A DNA stretch of 64,000 nt from Tetramitus jugosus (GCA_937625935.1 OW569348.1:558001-622000); one strand, 5' to 3'. Shown: positions 31,405-43,207, numbered from the stretch's first letter. The notes: generated by a model not told the origin, from the sequence alone. Numbers and translations are program-made.

Positions 31405-33096
31405 ATGCATGCTTCTCAATTGCTGATATTTTTGTTGGTGATTTGTATCATCATAGCTGCTCAATGTCTCATTTGTCATGCTTCCCATGTTCGGAGGATT
31501 CCAATGGATGGCATGCTTTCCACCGGCCCCGTTGAATGGAAAGTGTCATCATCATTGTCATCATCCAGTGCATATGTGATTGGAATTGTGACTCACTCTC
31601 CTGTCGTCAATGTGTACAACATGTCGAGCACTAATGTAGTCCAGACACAATTACTCTATCAGGACTGTGTTGTGATAGATAAAGATGAGTTGAGTGCTGC
31701 AAACGACTCAAATGATCGCATACATGTCAAAGTACCGACCTTTATCACTTCTACGCTCTATTTTGATCACGATAAGGATCATATGCCAAAATTGAATGCA
31801 ATGAACAATGGTACAATGATTCTAATGGATGGCCATGTTGTGTTGAGTGAATTGAGTATCATGGACCAGAGTGATCCGTTGTTTGTGGGAACTGTGTGCT
31901 CTGCTTGGATATCGAGAAGCGATGATGACAGTAATGTCAACAATAATGACTTTGGAACGGTTCCTGCACCGTCCTTGATTGTTTCACGTGTGGAAGCCTA
32001 TTTGTACCAAATAGACTGCAGTATCACCTTATGCAAAACGAGTGATGTATTGATGAAAATGTCGTTGGGAACAAGTGTGAAGCGTTATCCGAGAATGGAG
32101 TCTAATCGCCGACTTTTAGCCGCTCTCTTGCCAAGTGGCGGTACTCCATTTCCTAGTAGTACGCTCGCTAGTGGCGATGATGATCCTCGGAGTGATACCT
32201 ATCCTGTACAAATATTCATGCCAAAATCAGTCACTAACCAAACATACTCTAGCACTCAATCACGGCTCGCATTTGTGATGGCGAGAGATGTCTCCTTCTA
32301 TTATGATGATCTGGACCTTTATTTGAATGATGATAGATCGACCACTATTCGCCGTCAAGTGGTGGCTGATACAGCAAAGCAAACGATTGGTTGGCCGTAT
32401 GTTGCCGGTGGAAGGTCGAGCTATGACTCGAGCAACAACGAAGTACAAACCGGTGTAGATATCCATGGTCTTGTCGGATTAATATTCTCAGTTGTGTCCA
32501 TACGGCTTCCACGTACCATTGATTCTATATTTCTCTTCTCCAGCAACATTACTCGTCTAGCCAAAGATCCTTTCCTGCCTGGAGATTTGCTGTTCCTAAA
32601 GAAGCGAAATAACGATCAAATCAGTCACATTATGGTCTACGTGGGTGATGACACCGTCATTGAGACATGCACAAGTTGTAATGTGACAAATGCTTTGCCG
32701 CTCTATGATCGATTGAACATCAAGAAGTCATCCGGTATCCAATGGGGCAGAGTTGTTCTATCAGAGTACAAATTGTTCTGGGGCAGATATGTAGTGGATC
32801 CTACGATTGATACAGACCTGCAGGGTGTGCCCTTGCTTGTCCTTCAGATTGTGCTTTACTCTGTAGCATTCGGCAGTATCGTACTGTTGATATTAGCCCT
32901 TATCCTCAAGCGATTGTTACTCAAAGCCTCCACTTTCAATCGAGTAACAGCAAATGAGGACAAGGGAATTGCTAAAACATTCTTCAACATGTTCAAGGGC
33001 AATGATGATGACTCTGATGATGATCAAGACAGTCATGACGATATAGAATATGAACTGAGAATCAGAGACGATGAAGCAATACCTGCATCTACATAG
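31405..33096 (+). CDS. Type I membrane protein with NlpC/P60-like domain lacking the catalytic Cys
   Basis: Signal peptide MHASQLLIFLLVICIIIAAQC. AKQTIGWPYVAGG..GVDIHGLV..RLPR..PGDLLF..SHIMVYVGD follows the NlpC/P60 pattern. TM segment LLVLQIVLYSVAFGSIVLLILALIL and an acidic tail. Confidence 0.8.
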   Translation: MHASQLLIFLLVICIIIAAQCLICHASHVRRIPMDGMLSTGPVEWKVSSSLSSSSAYVIGIVTHSPVVNVYNMSSTNVVQTQLLYQDCVVIDKDELSAANDSNDRIHVKVPTFITSTLYFDHDKDHMPKLNAMNNGTMILMDGHVVLSELSIMDQSDPLFVGTVCSAWISRSDDDSNVNNNDFGTVPAPSLIVSRVEAYLYQIDCSITLCKTSDVLMKMSLGTSVKRYPRMESNRRLLAALLPSGGTPFPSSTLASGDDDPRSDTYPVQIFMPKSVTNQTYSSTQSRLAFVMARDVSFYYDDLDLYLNDDRSTTIRRQVVADTAKQTIGWPYVAGGRSSYDSSNNEVQTGVDIHGLVGLIFSVVSIRLPRTIDSIFLFSSNITRLAKDPFLPGDLLFLKKRNNDQISHIMVYVGDDTVIETCTSCNVTNALPLYDRLNIKKSSGIQWGRVVLSEYKLFWGRYVVDPTIDTDLQGVPLLVLQIVLYSVAFGSIVLLILALILKRLLLKASTFNRVTANEDKGIAKTFFNMFKGNDDDSDDDQDSHDDIEYELRIRDDEAIPAST

Positions 33097-33313
33097 CCAC
33101 TGGACGACAGGTCATAGCATTTATCATTATCAGCAATTTGGTCCTCCAAAGCTAACAACTCTGACCATGATTGTATTCAGCGGACAACCAAATCGGCAAG
33201 AGGAGTTTTGCTCGGAGTTCGGAGTTGTATCGGTGAAATTCACGATTGTAACGTGTTTTTCGGTTCAAATTTGCATGTCCAGCAATTCCAACCAAACACA
33301 ACAAAAAACAAAA

Positions 33314-34983
33314 ATGAAATCAATTATTATTGCATTATTGGCTATTTTATGCTTTGCTGCAGCTGTAACTGCTGACTTGCCAGTTCACTGCTTGTTCCAC
33401 CAAATTCGTACGTGCACCTCATTTTTTTTTGCTTTCTTCCGCATTGTCAACTTTTCACTGACTCTTTGTGTGTTTGTGTGTAATTGCTTGATGATTATAG
33501 GTGGAGAATGGACTCTTTCTTTGACCAGAGATGGTGAGAGCAAGGACATTATGGAAGTCTGCACCCTAGAGTCCCCATTGGACGACATTCAACGCAAGGT
33601 TGTTGTCAATCTTGACGTTCCTGATGTCGTGAGAGATCAAAATGGAAAGAACATTGGTCACTGGACATTGATTTATGGTATGTTTGAACTGTATACTGTA
33701 CAACAACAACAACAACAACAACAAGCATGCTTGCTTGACAGAGTGTATAGAGCTAACAAAATAATAATCCTATATCTTATCAATCATATATATATATATA
33801 TATAGACCAAGGATTTGAATTGTCATTTGATGACAGAAAGTTCTTTGCCTTCTTCAACTACACCAAGGAAGGTGATGATGTGACTTCTCACTGCGATCAA
33901 ACCTTTACTGGATGGTATCACACAAGCATTGCCAACTCCAACAACTGGGGTTGCTTCAGAGCTTCCAAGAGCCCATCTTCCCTCGACAACATTATTCCAA
34001 TGAAGACTGTTCACAAGGTTTCATCTACCAAGTCTTCTACTGTCGTCAAGTACTTTAGAAACAACAAGTCAAAGATTGCTCAAATCAACAACTCTAACCT
34101 CGGATGGACCGCAAAGGCCTACCCACAATTCGAAGGAAGAAGCGTTGCTGACATGCAAAGAATGGCTGGTGCACAAAAGGTGAACCATGCCAATCACTCT
34201 GCCATGAAGAGCTATGCAAAGCTCATGAGCTCAATTGACAAGCAAGCAACTCGTGCTGCTGTGACTGTTGACCTTCCAAAGCAATTTGACTGGAGAAACG
34301 TTTCTGGTGTCAACTATGTTTCCCCTGTGCGCAACCAAGGCAGCTGTGGCAGTTGCTATGCTTTTGCTACCGTGGGTATGTTTGAAGCTAGAGTCAGAAT
34401 TCAATCCAAGAATCAACAACAACCAATCTTCTCCCCTCAAGACATTGTCTCCTGCAGCTTGTACTCCCAGGGATGTGACGGTGGTTTCCCATTCTTGATT
34501 GCCAAGTATGCTGAAGACTTTGGTTTGACTCCTGAGAATTGCGATCCATATATTGGTGAGGACTCCAAGTGCTCCAACACTTGCCCAGCCACCACCACTA
34601 GACTCTATGCCAACCAATATCAATATGTTGGTGGATACTATGGTGCAACCAATGAACAAAACATGATGGAAGAAGTTTACAAGAATGGACCTGTTGCTAT
34701 CGCTTTCCAAGTCTACAATGATTTCTTCAACTATCACGGTGGTGTCTACAAGCACGGTAATGCCCTCAAGACTGACCCAGAAGAGCCTGGTTTCGAAGAG
34801 ACCAATCACGCTGTTCTTTTGGTTGGTTGGGGAGAGACTGAACAAGGCGTCAAGTACTGGATCGTCAAGAACAGTTGGGGAAGTGACTGGGGTGTCAATG
34901 GATACTTCATGATTGTCAGAGGTATTGACAATTGTGCAGTTGAGAGCTTGGCTGTTGCCGCTCATCCTCTTGCTTTCGCTTAA
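33314..34983 (+). CDS. CTSC: Cathepsin C / dipeptidyl peptidase I (exons 33314-33407, 33501-33677, 33806-34983)
   Basis: Signal peptide, exclusion domain (DLPVHC, WTLIY|DQGFE), QGSCGSCYAF, TNHAVLLVGWG and KNSWG. Two GT-AG introns. Confidence 0.96.
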
Positions 34984-35043
34984 TTAAGTAAAGTTTAGGT
35001 ACTTTTCTATGAATTGAAAACGTTGTTGGCATATCTTTTTATT

Positions 35044-38000
35044 TTACAGTTGACTGTCCAAATCCATGAGTAACAATTGACGCACGTCAATGTCGTCCTT
35101 GTCGATCTTCGAGCCCTTGTACACCATGGATTGAATGTCCATCTTGAGTCCTGCAATCTGCAGAATACGCTCCTCTACAGTATTCTTGTTCACTAATCGC
35201 ATAACGGTTACCTTTCTCTTTTGACCAATACGATGAACTCTATCCATCGCTTGCGAGTCTAACGTCGGATTCCAATCACAATCATAGAAGATGACATGAT
35301 TCGCCCGTGTTAAATTGATACCAATACCACCAGCTCTTGTTGATAGCAGGAAAATGAATGTTCGATCCTCGGTGCTTTGGAACTTTTGTACAAAACCTTC
35401 TCTGACTTGAACGGGCGTACTGCCATCCATTCTCATAAAGCTATAATTTTTCATTGTACAATATGTCTCCAATAAGTCAAGCATACGAGTCATCTGACAG
35501 AATATGAGTACTTTGTTTGGTAGTCTGTTCTCTGGTTCTGGATCAATACGCAACTGATTCAAAATTCCATCCAGCAACCTCATCTTTGAGCATTGAGCCA
35601 CGAAGTTCCACACTTCTGGATGCCTTAATATGTTCCTATGTTCAACGAACACAGGCCTTAGTAGAGCTTGCTGTTGGAGAGAGTGTCTAATAACTGAGCA
35701 ATTCTCTTCGATTGGTGGTGATGCGACTTTAGCTGATACCAGCTCATGCACTCTGGGCGTGTATCGTAAACTCACACGCTCAACTAGTTCTTCCCTCATA
35801 TCATTTAAAATATCACCTTTCAATTCACGGTTAATGAATGAAACTGTGTTCACTGGGACGGTATAAGGCAACTCACGTGCAGCCTCTCTACAAAAACGAT
35901 TGCTCATAATTGGACCGGACTCAGCCATCATTTCCCAGTATATGACACTGGGTAGTTCGAACTTGATCGGATTACGCATCGAAGGCATAACCAATGGGTC
36001 AGACTCGCGGAATGGCAATGGCTCCTTGAATATGTATGGACTGGAGAAGTCCAAGCCACGAATTTGATGATTGGAAGCAATGTCAATAAATTGAGGCGGT
36101 ATCTCCTTCTCACCGTCGAGGAACAGGTAGGGATGATTACAAATCTTCCTCAGCTGCATGACTGTGTTGAATAGAGCACGTGTATTATTCTTCTTGTTCA
36201 AAGATTTTCTGTGACTCACAACCGTGTTTCTAATATCAATATACGCCTCTTTTTGTTGCTTGTTCACCTCACAGTGTAGAACCATTTCTTCTTTTGGTGC
36301 CAATTCACTCTCTACTTCAGTCTTCAAACGTCTAAGCATAAATGGTCTCAAAATCATATGCAATCTCTGTAGTTGCATCTCATCCAATTCGACCTTGTTC
36401 AAATTCTTCTTCTTTCCCTTGACACCTTCAGGTGTGAACCACTCTTCAAATTCATTCCTGTTGTCGAACAGTTTGGGCATGACAAAATGCAAAAGAGCCC
36501 AAAGTTCACCTAGATGGTTCTGAATGGGTGTACCTGTGAGCAACATTCTACCACGAACATCCAACTCGAGCAAGCGCTTCCATCTGACACTCTCACTCGA
36601 TTTAATCGCATGAGCCTCATCCAAAACCAAGAAGTGGAATTTGTGTTTGGACATGGTCTTAAAATCTTCAATAATCATACCATAGCTCGACAATATTACA
36701 TTGTATTCGTCATCCTTGATGCCAGCACGTAAAACCTTACGCTGCTGTGTACCGCCCCAATAAGGTAAAACCTTGAGCTGTGGACTAAACTTTGAAAATT
36801 CGGACAACCAATTATGCAGTGTCGTTGTCGGCGTAATGATCAAGAATGGATACTTGGGCTTATGTACATTGTTAATATAGGTCAGAAAGGCAATAGTTTG
36901 CACTGTCTTTCCGAGACCCATCTCATCACACAGCATACCATTGATACCCTGATCGTACAAGTTGACCAACCAATTCAAGGCTTGGAATTGATACTTTTTC
37001 AGCTTACCATGGAATCCTTTCGGCTCCGTAACAATCTCAGACGACGTTGTCTGATATTCATCGACTACGGAGGAGTTATCAGAAAAGTGATCCAAGCGCT
37101 CGCGCTCTGCACTGCTCGCTTTCAAGGCACGTTGTTTTGCACTTTCAAACTCGTCATCCTGCAACTCCTGTACAACCAATTCATTCTTGTCCACTGATCC
37201 ATCTGCCCCCGTATTCTTCTTGGCCATAAAGTGAGAGTACAACTCTGTTTGAGTCAACAAGAAGTTGAGTTTTCTGTCTTGTCGTTCCTTTTCGCGTCTC
37301 TCGGCCTCGTCACGAGAGGCCTTCTTCACACGTTCCACTTGTGCCTTCTCATGCTTTTTCCAAAATGCTTCAATCTCTGTCGCAATAGTCGCATTGATCG
37401 CTGCCTTCCCTGCACGAGATTTTCTCTGTTGTTGAGTTCGGCTACACAGCTCCATGATACGCTTCTGTGCCTGGAGAGCCAAGTTGAGACACATTTCTCT
37501 CCTCCTTCTACTCTTTTGAAATTGATCCTTGGTTGACTTGGGAGCACTCTTTGCTCGTGCTCTTCGATTGGCAGCAATTTGCTCTTGTCTCTGTCTACGC
37601 AGTGATTCCTCTGCATCGTGCAACTCCTTGGACAACAATTGTTGTTCCTGTTTATAGTTGATGAGAAATTGAGGAATAGATGGTCTTTCCATTCTTGCCT
37701 GTTGATAACTAAAAGACATGACATCGCCAAACAGTCGGTTCAATCGATCATCATTGTTCTGATACAGCTGTGATTGATCATATCTCATGTGATAACAGTC
37801 TTCTTCCAACCATGAGGAGGATGTAGATGATGTTAATGATGAAATGCGCCTGCGCTTCGATCCATCTACACCTCTCTTCCTATATTGACAAATAATGACA
37901 CTGGGTATGGTGCTTGATTGCTGTTGTTGTTGCTGTTCCATCAGCTTCTCCTCCTTTTCCAAATACTTGTCAAACTTTGAATTCACAAATTCATGTTCAT

Positions 38001-38601
38001 ACATTTCCTCTAGTATTGAGATGTTGTTTCCATTGTGAAAAACATGGTTATCACCATTGGTCAACAACCCATTCCCATTCTTACTATTATAGTTTTTGTT
38101 GTAGTCATCATCATCATCCGATTCTTCATCTTCTTCTTCATCTTCTTCAATGTCATCATCAGCACATAATTTCAACTGTTCTAACACTCCGAATGGGTTC
38201 CATATGCTTGATGCTGTTGTTGTTGTTGTTATCGCTTGTTGTGCATCCATCATCATCACAGCAGCAGCACTAGTGGTACTGTATTCATCATCACCACTAC
38301 CACTACCACTAGAACCAGAACCATTGGTATGATGATCATCATTACCAGTGTGGTGATGATGTGATTGCTGTTGTTGTTGAAGATGATAGTGATCTTGAAT
38401 GGTTGAAGCAGCGTTCACAAGAGCAGTGTATGACTCAAAAATGTAAGCTTGTTGCTCTTTTCGTGGTCTACCACATGATTCTCTCTTCCGTTTGTGTGAT
38501 GATGATGATTGTGCACCTGTTGTGGTAGAGGTTGTCGTAGTCGTAGTAGAGCTACTGCTACTTCGTCTCTTGTTGGTCGAAGTAGTCGTTGAGGTAGTCA
38601 T
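35044..38601 (-). CDS. INO80: Chromatin-remodelling ATPase INO80
   Basis: DBINO motif RKLNFLLTQTELYSHFM, plus DEMGLGKT, DEAH, LLTGTPIQN, a split helicase insert, LSTRAGGIGINL and QAMDRVHRIGQ. First ATG at 38601. Confidence 0.93.
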   Translation of the reverse strand: MTTSTTTSTNKRRSSSSSTTTTTTSTTTGAQSSSSHKRKRESCGRPRKEQQAYIFESYTALVNAASTIQDHYHLQQQQQSHHHHTGNDDHHTNGSGSSGSGSGDDEYSTTSAAAVMMMDAQQAITTTTTASSIWNPFGVLEQLKLCADDDIEEDEEEDEESDDDDDYNKNYNSKNGNGLLTNGDNHVFHNGNNISILEEMYEHEFVNSKFDKYLEKEEKLMEQQQQQQSSTIPSVIICQYRKRGVDGSKRRRISSLTSSTSSSWLEEDCYHMRYDQSQLYQNNDDRLNRLFGDVMSFSYQQARMERPSIPQFLINYKQEQQLLSKELHDAEESLRRQRQEQIAANRRARAKSAPKSTKDQFQKSRRRREMCLNLALQAQKRIMELCSRTQQQRKSRAGKAAINATIATEIEAFWKKHEKAQVERVKKASRDEAERREKERQDRKLNFLLTQTELYSHFMAKKNTGADGSVDKNELVVQELQDDEFESAKQRALKASSAERERLDHFSDNSSVVDEYQTTSSEIVTEPKGFHGKLKKYQFQALNWLVNLYDQGINGMLCDEMGLGKTVQTIAFLTYINNVHKPKYPFLIITPTTTLHNWLSEFSKFSPQLKVLPYWGGTQQRKVLRAGIKDDEYNVILSSYGMIIEDFKTMSKHKFHFLVLDEAHAIKSSESVRWKRLLELDVRGRMLLTGTPIQNHLGELWALLHFVMPKLFDNRNEFEEWFTPEGVKGKKKNLNKVELDEMQLQRLHMILRPFMLRRLKTEVESELAPKEEMVLHCEVNKQQKEAYIDIRNTVVSHRKSLNKKNNTRALFNTVMQLRKICNHPYLFLDGEKEIPPQFIDIASNHQIRGLDFSSPYIFKEPLPFRESDPLVMPSMRNPIKFELPSVIYWEMMAESGPIMSNRFCREAARELPYTVPVNTVSFINRELKGDILNDMREELVERVSLRYTPRVHELVSAKVASPPIEENCSVIRHSLQQQALLRPVFVEHRNILRHPEVWNFVAQCSKMRLLDGILNQLRIDPEPENRLPNKVLIFCQMTRMLDLLETYCTMKNYSFMRMDGSTPVQVREGFVQKFQSTEDRTFIFLLSTRAGGIGINLTRANHVIFYDCDWNPTLDSQAMDRVHRIGQKRKVTVMRLVNKNTVEERILQIAGLKMDIQSMVYKGSKIDKDDIDVRQLLLMDLDSQL

Positions 38602-39027
38602 TAATAATGTGTCTTTGTGTTTTTGTGATTTGTTGACGTGTGTTTGAAGCGATTGGAAGGTGGAAATTTTCTTCAAGTGCGAGGCATACAAATCACAAGA
38701 AAAAAAGCTACACGACCATCCATGCGTGAAGTCTTGGTCATGATAAAGCCAGATCCTTCATGTCGAAAACCAATGTTTTTTGCCCACCGCCAAAACTACG
38801 AGCATTTTCCCGGTTGAATATTGTCCGATAGATATTCATACAACCGAAGCAAACGTAAACAAAAATGAAAACATTTCCTTTTCGTCCACAAATGGATCAT
38901 TGTAATCTTGAGATAGAAGGGTATTTATATGTAAGGATCGGTTGTTTAACAAGTTAAAAGGTTGAACTATGCCTTTGACATTATCAAAACAAAACAACGT
39001 AAGCACTTTAGACAACAAATAGAAAGT

Positions 39028-39672
39028 ATGGGAGGCTGGATATCAATCAATCTTCCATTATGTTTTCCTGGGGATGCTCAGGTACAATTAAAGAACGGAC
39101 AACCAAAGAGAATGGATCAACTGCAATTGGGAGACCAAGTGCTCGTTGCAAGGAAGGACGGATCATTGTGCTATGACTCAGTGTATTCGTTCATTCACAG
39201 AGAAGAGAACACTTCTGCTACCTATAGAGAAATTTATGCCAGTGATCTCAAGATTACTCTATCGGACTATCATTTGATTTATAGAGTGTCTGCTCAGACA
39301 GAGAAGGGCTATGAGGTCGTACCGGCTCAGGAGATTAAGCTCAATGACCAACTATTCCTAGTCCGGAATGGTAGAGTTCTTTCTCAGCATGTCACCCACA
39401 TTGTTGATGAGGTATCGAAGGTCGGAGTCTATGCACCAGTGACATTCAATGGTTCTATTGTGGTTGATGGAGTAGTGGCTTCATGCTATGCTCAATATGA
39501 TAAGATCAAGAGCCAAAGGGTTGCTCATGCGGTGATGATGCCTCTGAGAATGAGAGCGAAGATGAGAACAACCCCTCTAGAACAAACCGAGATGGGAGAA
39601 GGTTGGAACAGGTATTGCTTGGTCTTGGGAAAGGGAGTATATCCTGTGTACAAATTAATTAGCTCAAGTTAA
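39028..39672 (+). CDS. Hedgehog-type Hint (Hog) autoprocessing protein with an 11-aa N-terminal extein
   Basis: CFPGDAQV..MDQLQLGDQVL, FIHR, LSDYHLIY and GVYAPVTFNGSIVVDGVVASCYA, followed by an SRR-like segment VAHAVMMPLR..GWNRYCLVL. First ATG at 39028; nucleophilic Cys codon at 39061. Confidence 0.88.
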   Translation: MGGWISINLPLCFPGDAQVQLKNGQPKRMDQLQLGDQVLVARKDGSLCYDSVYSFIHREENTSATYREIYASDLKITLSDYHLIYRVSAQTEKGYEVVPAQEIKLNDQLFLVRNGRVLSQHVTHIVDEVSKVGVYAPVTFNGSIVVDGVVASCYAQYDKIKSQRVAHAVMMPLRMRAKMRTTPLEQTEMGEGWNRYCLVLGKGVYPVYKLISSS

Positions 39673-39729
39673 CCAATACTTGAACATTTTTAACGAATTG
39701 TAAATACACCACACATCTTGTAAATTACT

Positions 39730-42700
39730 TCATAGTCTGTTCTCTTGCATCTTTTCGAGCAACTTATTGTACCCGCTACTGATGGTATTGGTGATATCTT
39801 TGATCTCTCGTGATATCACAGCTTGACTATCAGAGCATTGAAATAGATTCACGACCTTCAAACAATACGCCATCCATTGTTCAGCCTTGTCTAATCTCTG
39901 GAGTTTGAAAAAGTAAACACTGTTGTTCCATGCTTTGGTAATCAACAGTCTCAACAACTTTGCCACACTTTCATTCTCGTCATATTCTTGACTATAATGC
40001 GTACTGAGAACTGAATAGAGCGATTCAAATGGCGAGTAAGAATCTTCTCTCAATTTACATCCATCAATCCACAATCGATGATAATTGATGATCGATTTGA
40101 GATCGATACTTTTGCTCTCGATACCTTTCTGTATACAATATCTCAGCACATCATTAGCCAACTCCGTATACATCGAGCAGGAACAATTCTCACTACTAAT
40201 CATGTAAGCAAACAAGCGAAAGAGTTTCAAGTCTGCAGTAGGTTCTGACCTAGCTTCTTCCAACACCTTCCCTAGCTCTTTTGGATCCAATTTCAGCATT
40301 ATTTTGCACTGGTATTCGCAGAGTAGCACGAGAGGAATTGATTTATCCTCTTCAATTTTTCGAAGTTTTTCTAATCTATCGTACTCATTGTCGTTCGATG
40401 CAGATTCTTCAGACACCATCCTTCTCTTGATCTCCTTGATCTTTTCAGAGTATTGCTTGCACATACTGATCTCTTGGACAGTGAGCTCCAGTTTTTGGAT
40501 TGATTCTTGGACTTCGAACTTTGCGTGGAGATCTTGAGAAATCTTAAGAAGGCAGAATACTCTAATCAACATACAATTTCTCTGTGTTTCGAGAATCTTC
40601 AATGAAAATTGTCTGTATCGTGCGAAGTCTGTTGTGAATTTAAGAAGTATGTATGCTCTTTCCCAATCTTGATTCTGTTTTCCATACATTAGGGCAGTGT
40701 TCCATGCTAGAACATAAAACCATTCTATCTCTTCGTCAAAGTTCTTCCTGAAAATTTCTTTCACTCCGAGAGCGTACAACATTTCCATCATTGTTCTTAG
40801 GTAATGAATTAGCTTATCTACCTCTCCCAATTGTTTGCACAATAGACATATGTTTCGAAGTATTAGCCCTTTATCCTTAGGATCAATGTTAGACTTGGTG
40901 GTCAACAAGGTTTCCAAGGCCTCAAGTGCAATCAGATCACACCCAACTTCGTGAGCGTCATGAGCTGCCAAAGCAAAAACTCCTGCTTGAAAGTTCTCCG
41001 CATCGACCATCTTCTTCAGATAGAGACTCGCTTTCGTTACATCTTTCATCTGGATGAATATTTTGAAGAACTCATACATCGTTTGCTGGGAATTGGGATC
41101 CAACGCTTCAACATCGCTGGCAACCATTTCTGCTTCTTGAGGTCTCTTCAGATTCAGATAACATCGGGACATAAATCTCAGGATTTTTGCTCTATTGAAC
41201 GAATCATCAGTAGGCAGGAGTTTGATAGAGTATTGAAACCAAATGAGAGAGTCCTCATAACATTTCTCTTCATAGAGTGTGACAGCTTGATTCCAAACGA
41301 GGATATGGAAATCTTTCAACATCTCATTGTTCAATATGATGGAGTTTTGGGATATATTTGTTATCACGAGTTCGAGTACATGCTTGGCTCTATGTAGTCC
41401 ATTGTCAGAATCACCACGTAGAAGATATTCCACGTAAGCGAGTGTTACCATCTGGTTTCTATCATCTCCAGAGCCTGAATAGAGGTCTAAGAGTTTCTGG
41501 TATGCTTGCTCTACGAGTACGTGAACCTTGTACTGCGATGCCATTTGGCACAGGGACAGAGATATGTTCACTGGTGTTTCAGCAGAGTTGATTGCTTCCA
41601 TTACTACAGTGATTGCTTCCGTTTCTCTATTCATCAGAAAAAAAATCTTTGCTAAGATGTAGAGTCCAGAATGATTCTTACACTTTTCGTTTGCCATTTG
41701 ACAGCACGTTAGGGCATTTTCAAAGTTTTGAAGTTCGAGGTAGCAACTTGACATTAATCTCAGTACTCTAGCATGTCGAGAAGTATCTGTAGTGCAGTGC
41801 TCAAGTATTTCAAGTGACTCCCGTAACCAATCAATTGCATTCTGGAAGTCATTATGCTCATGCAGATCGACAGCAAAATTAAAAGCAAGAAGACCAAGCC
41901 GGTTCATTTCGCTAGACGCCAACTTTCGAATCAAGCCTTTGGATTCTCTGCATAAACTGAGAGCCACTTCTTTCGCACCACATCTCCACAACTGAAACAC
42001 AATATCATCAGATAAACAATGAATACAATACCATCATTGACAACAAACAATCAAAGAAGCGGACAGAAGGCATACATTTTCTATTCTACAAATAGTAGTG
42101 TTCACCATTGCTCGATACTCTTCTTGTGTTACGACTGAATCTGAAGACTCATTTTTCATTACCTTGTCAATGTACTATGAACGTGTGAAATAAAACCTTT
42201 GTAAGTAAACGAACCGATGTGAGAGCGCCAACAACAACAAAAGACTTGTCTTACCATCATGGCATGTTTGAATGCTTGTTCAGCCTTCTCATACTCTCCA
42301 ACCATTCCCCACTCTCTACCTATTCTGCACAATAGCTCTGCTACTTTAATATTCCTTTTCACTCCATGATTCACATAATCATCAGCTTCCAACCATCCAA
42401 TAGTGATCAAATCACATGCCAAAACTCTTAACTGGATCATCATCAAGGTGTGTGGAAGTGCGGATGAAACCACAGTGGAATTCGACGAGGAATACTTGAC
42501 ACAAGCATTCCAACATAGGCCACCGCTCTTCTTGAGAGTGTCTCTATGAAGCTTCTTGTGAGTCAGTAGAGCTGACAGGGGAGAATTCATGAGTGAGTCA
42601 ACAAGTGATCTCATGATTGAAAACTTTTCTTGCAGGATCTTTTGGCATTCTTCACTGTGAACAACTGCACGATCAAGCTTTGTGGAAAAGTCTAAAGAGA

Positions 42701-42820
42701 AACCAAAACAAAAAGAACAGTGTGAAAAGTGCTGAAAAGCTTCTAACGGGTTAAATCCAAATATTTACCTTTAAGAACTTCCAATCTCTCTGATAAATCA
42801 AGTTCTTGTTTGTTTGCCAT
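39730..42820 (-). CDS. ZIP4: Meiotic ZMM protein ZIP4/SPO22/TEX11 (exons 42820-42769, 42691-42255, 42174-42076, 41991-39730)
   Basis: TPR array with FHILVWNQAVTLYEEKCYEDSLIWFQYS..AKILRFMSRCYLNL, WFYVLAWN and LITKAWNNSV..AEQWM. Three GT-AG introns join in frame. Confidence 0.85.
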
Positions 42821-43207
42821 TTGTTTTGATGAATTCTCAAGATGTATGTAAAAAAACCTAAATGTTTTATGCTTTTGTTTTTTTGTATTCTGAGTATCTT
42901 TTAAGAGAAAATCGTAAATCGGACATTGGCGGGATTGTGCTCTTCCCGAATTTGATGGAAGCGAACAAAGAAGACGAACAGTGATTAACACTTGTCATCT
43001 TCTTTTCTCAAGGAAGGACGATGGTGGTATTGAGGGAAGATAAATGATGCCATACTTCACAGTTTTAGGCTTTGAATGCCACACAAATTCTAAAACTCCG
43101 AAGCAAGGAATAAATCAATGCAAGGGAACGGATCCATGCGAAATGAAGAGTTCCCGCAATTGGAACTCAATTTTCAGCAGTGTGAATTAAAGCCAATCAT
43201 CTAAAAA

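Noticed and set aside
33786-33804. (TA)n tract and the many (CAA)/(CAT)/(GTT)n tracts
   Set aside because: Ordinary microsatellites or homopolymeric amino-acid runs found throughout the window.
34231-34965. 244-aa antisense ORF over cathepsin C, and similar ORFs antisense to CCT5 and COPG
   Set aside because: Shadow ORFs produced by codon bias in highly expressed genes; no recognisable motifs.
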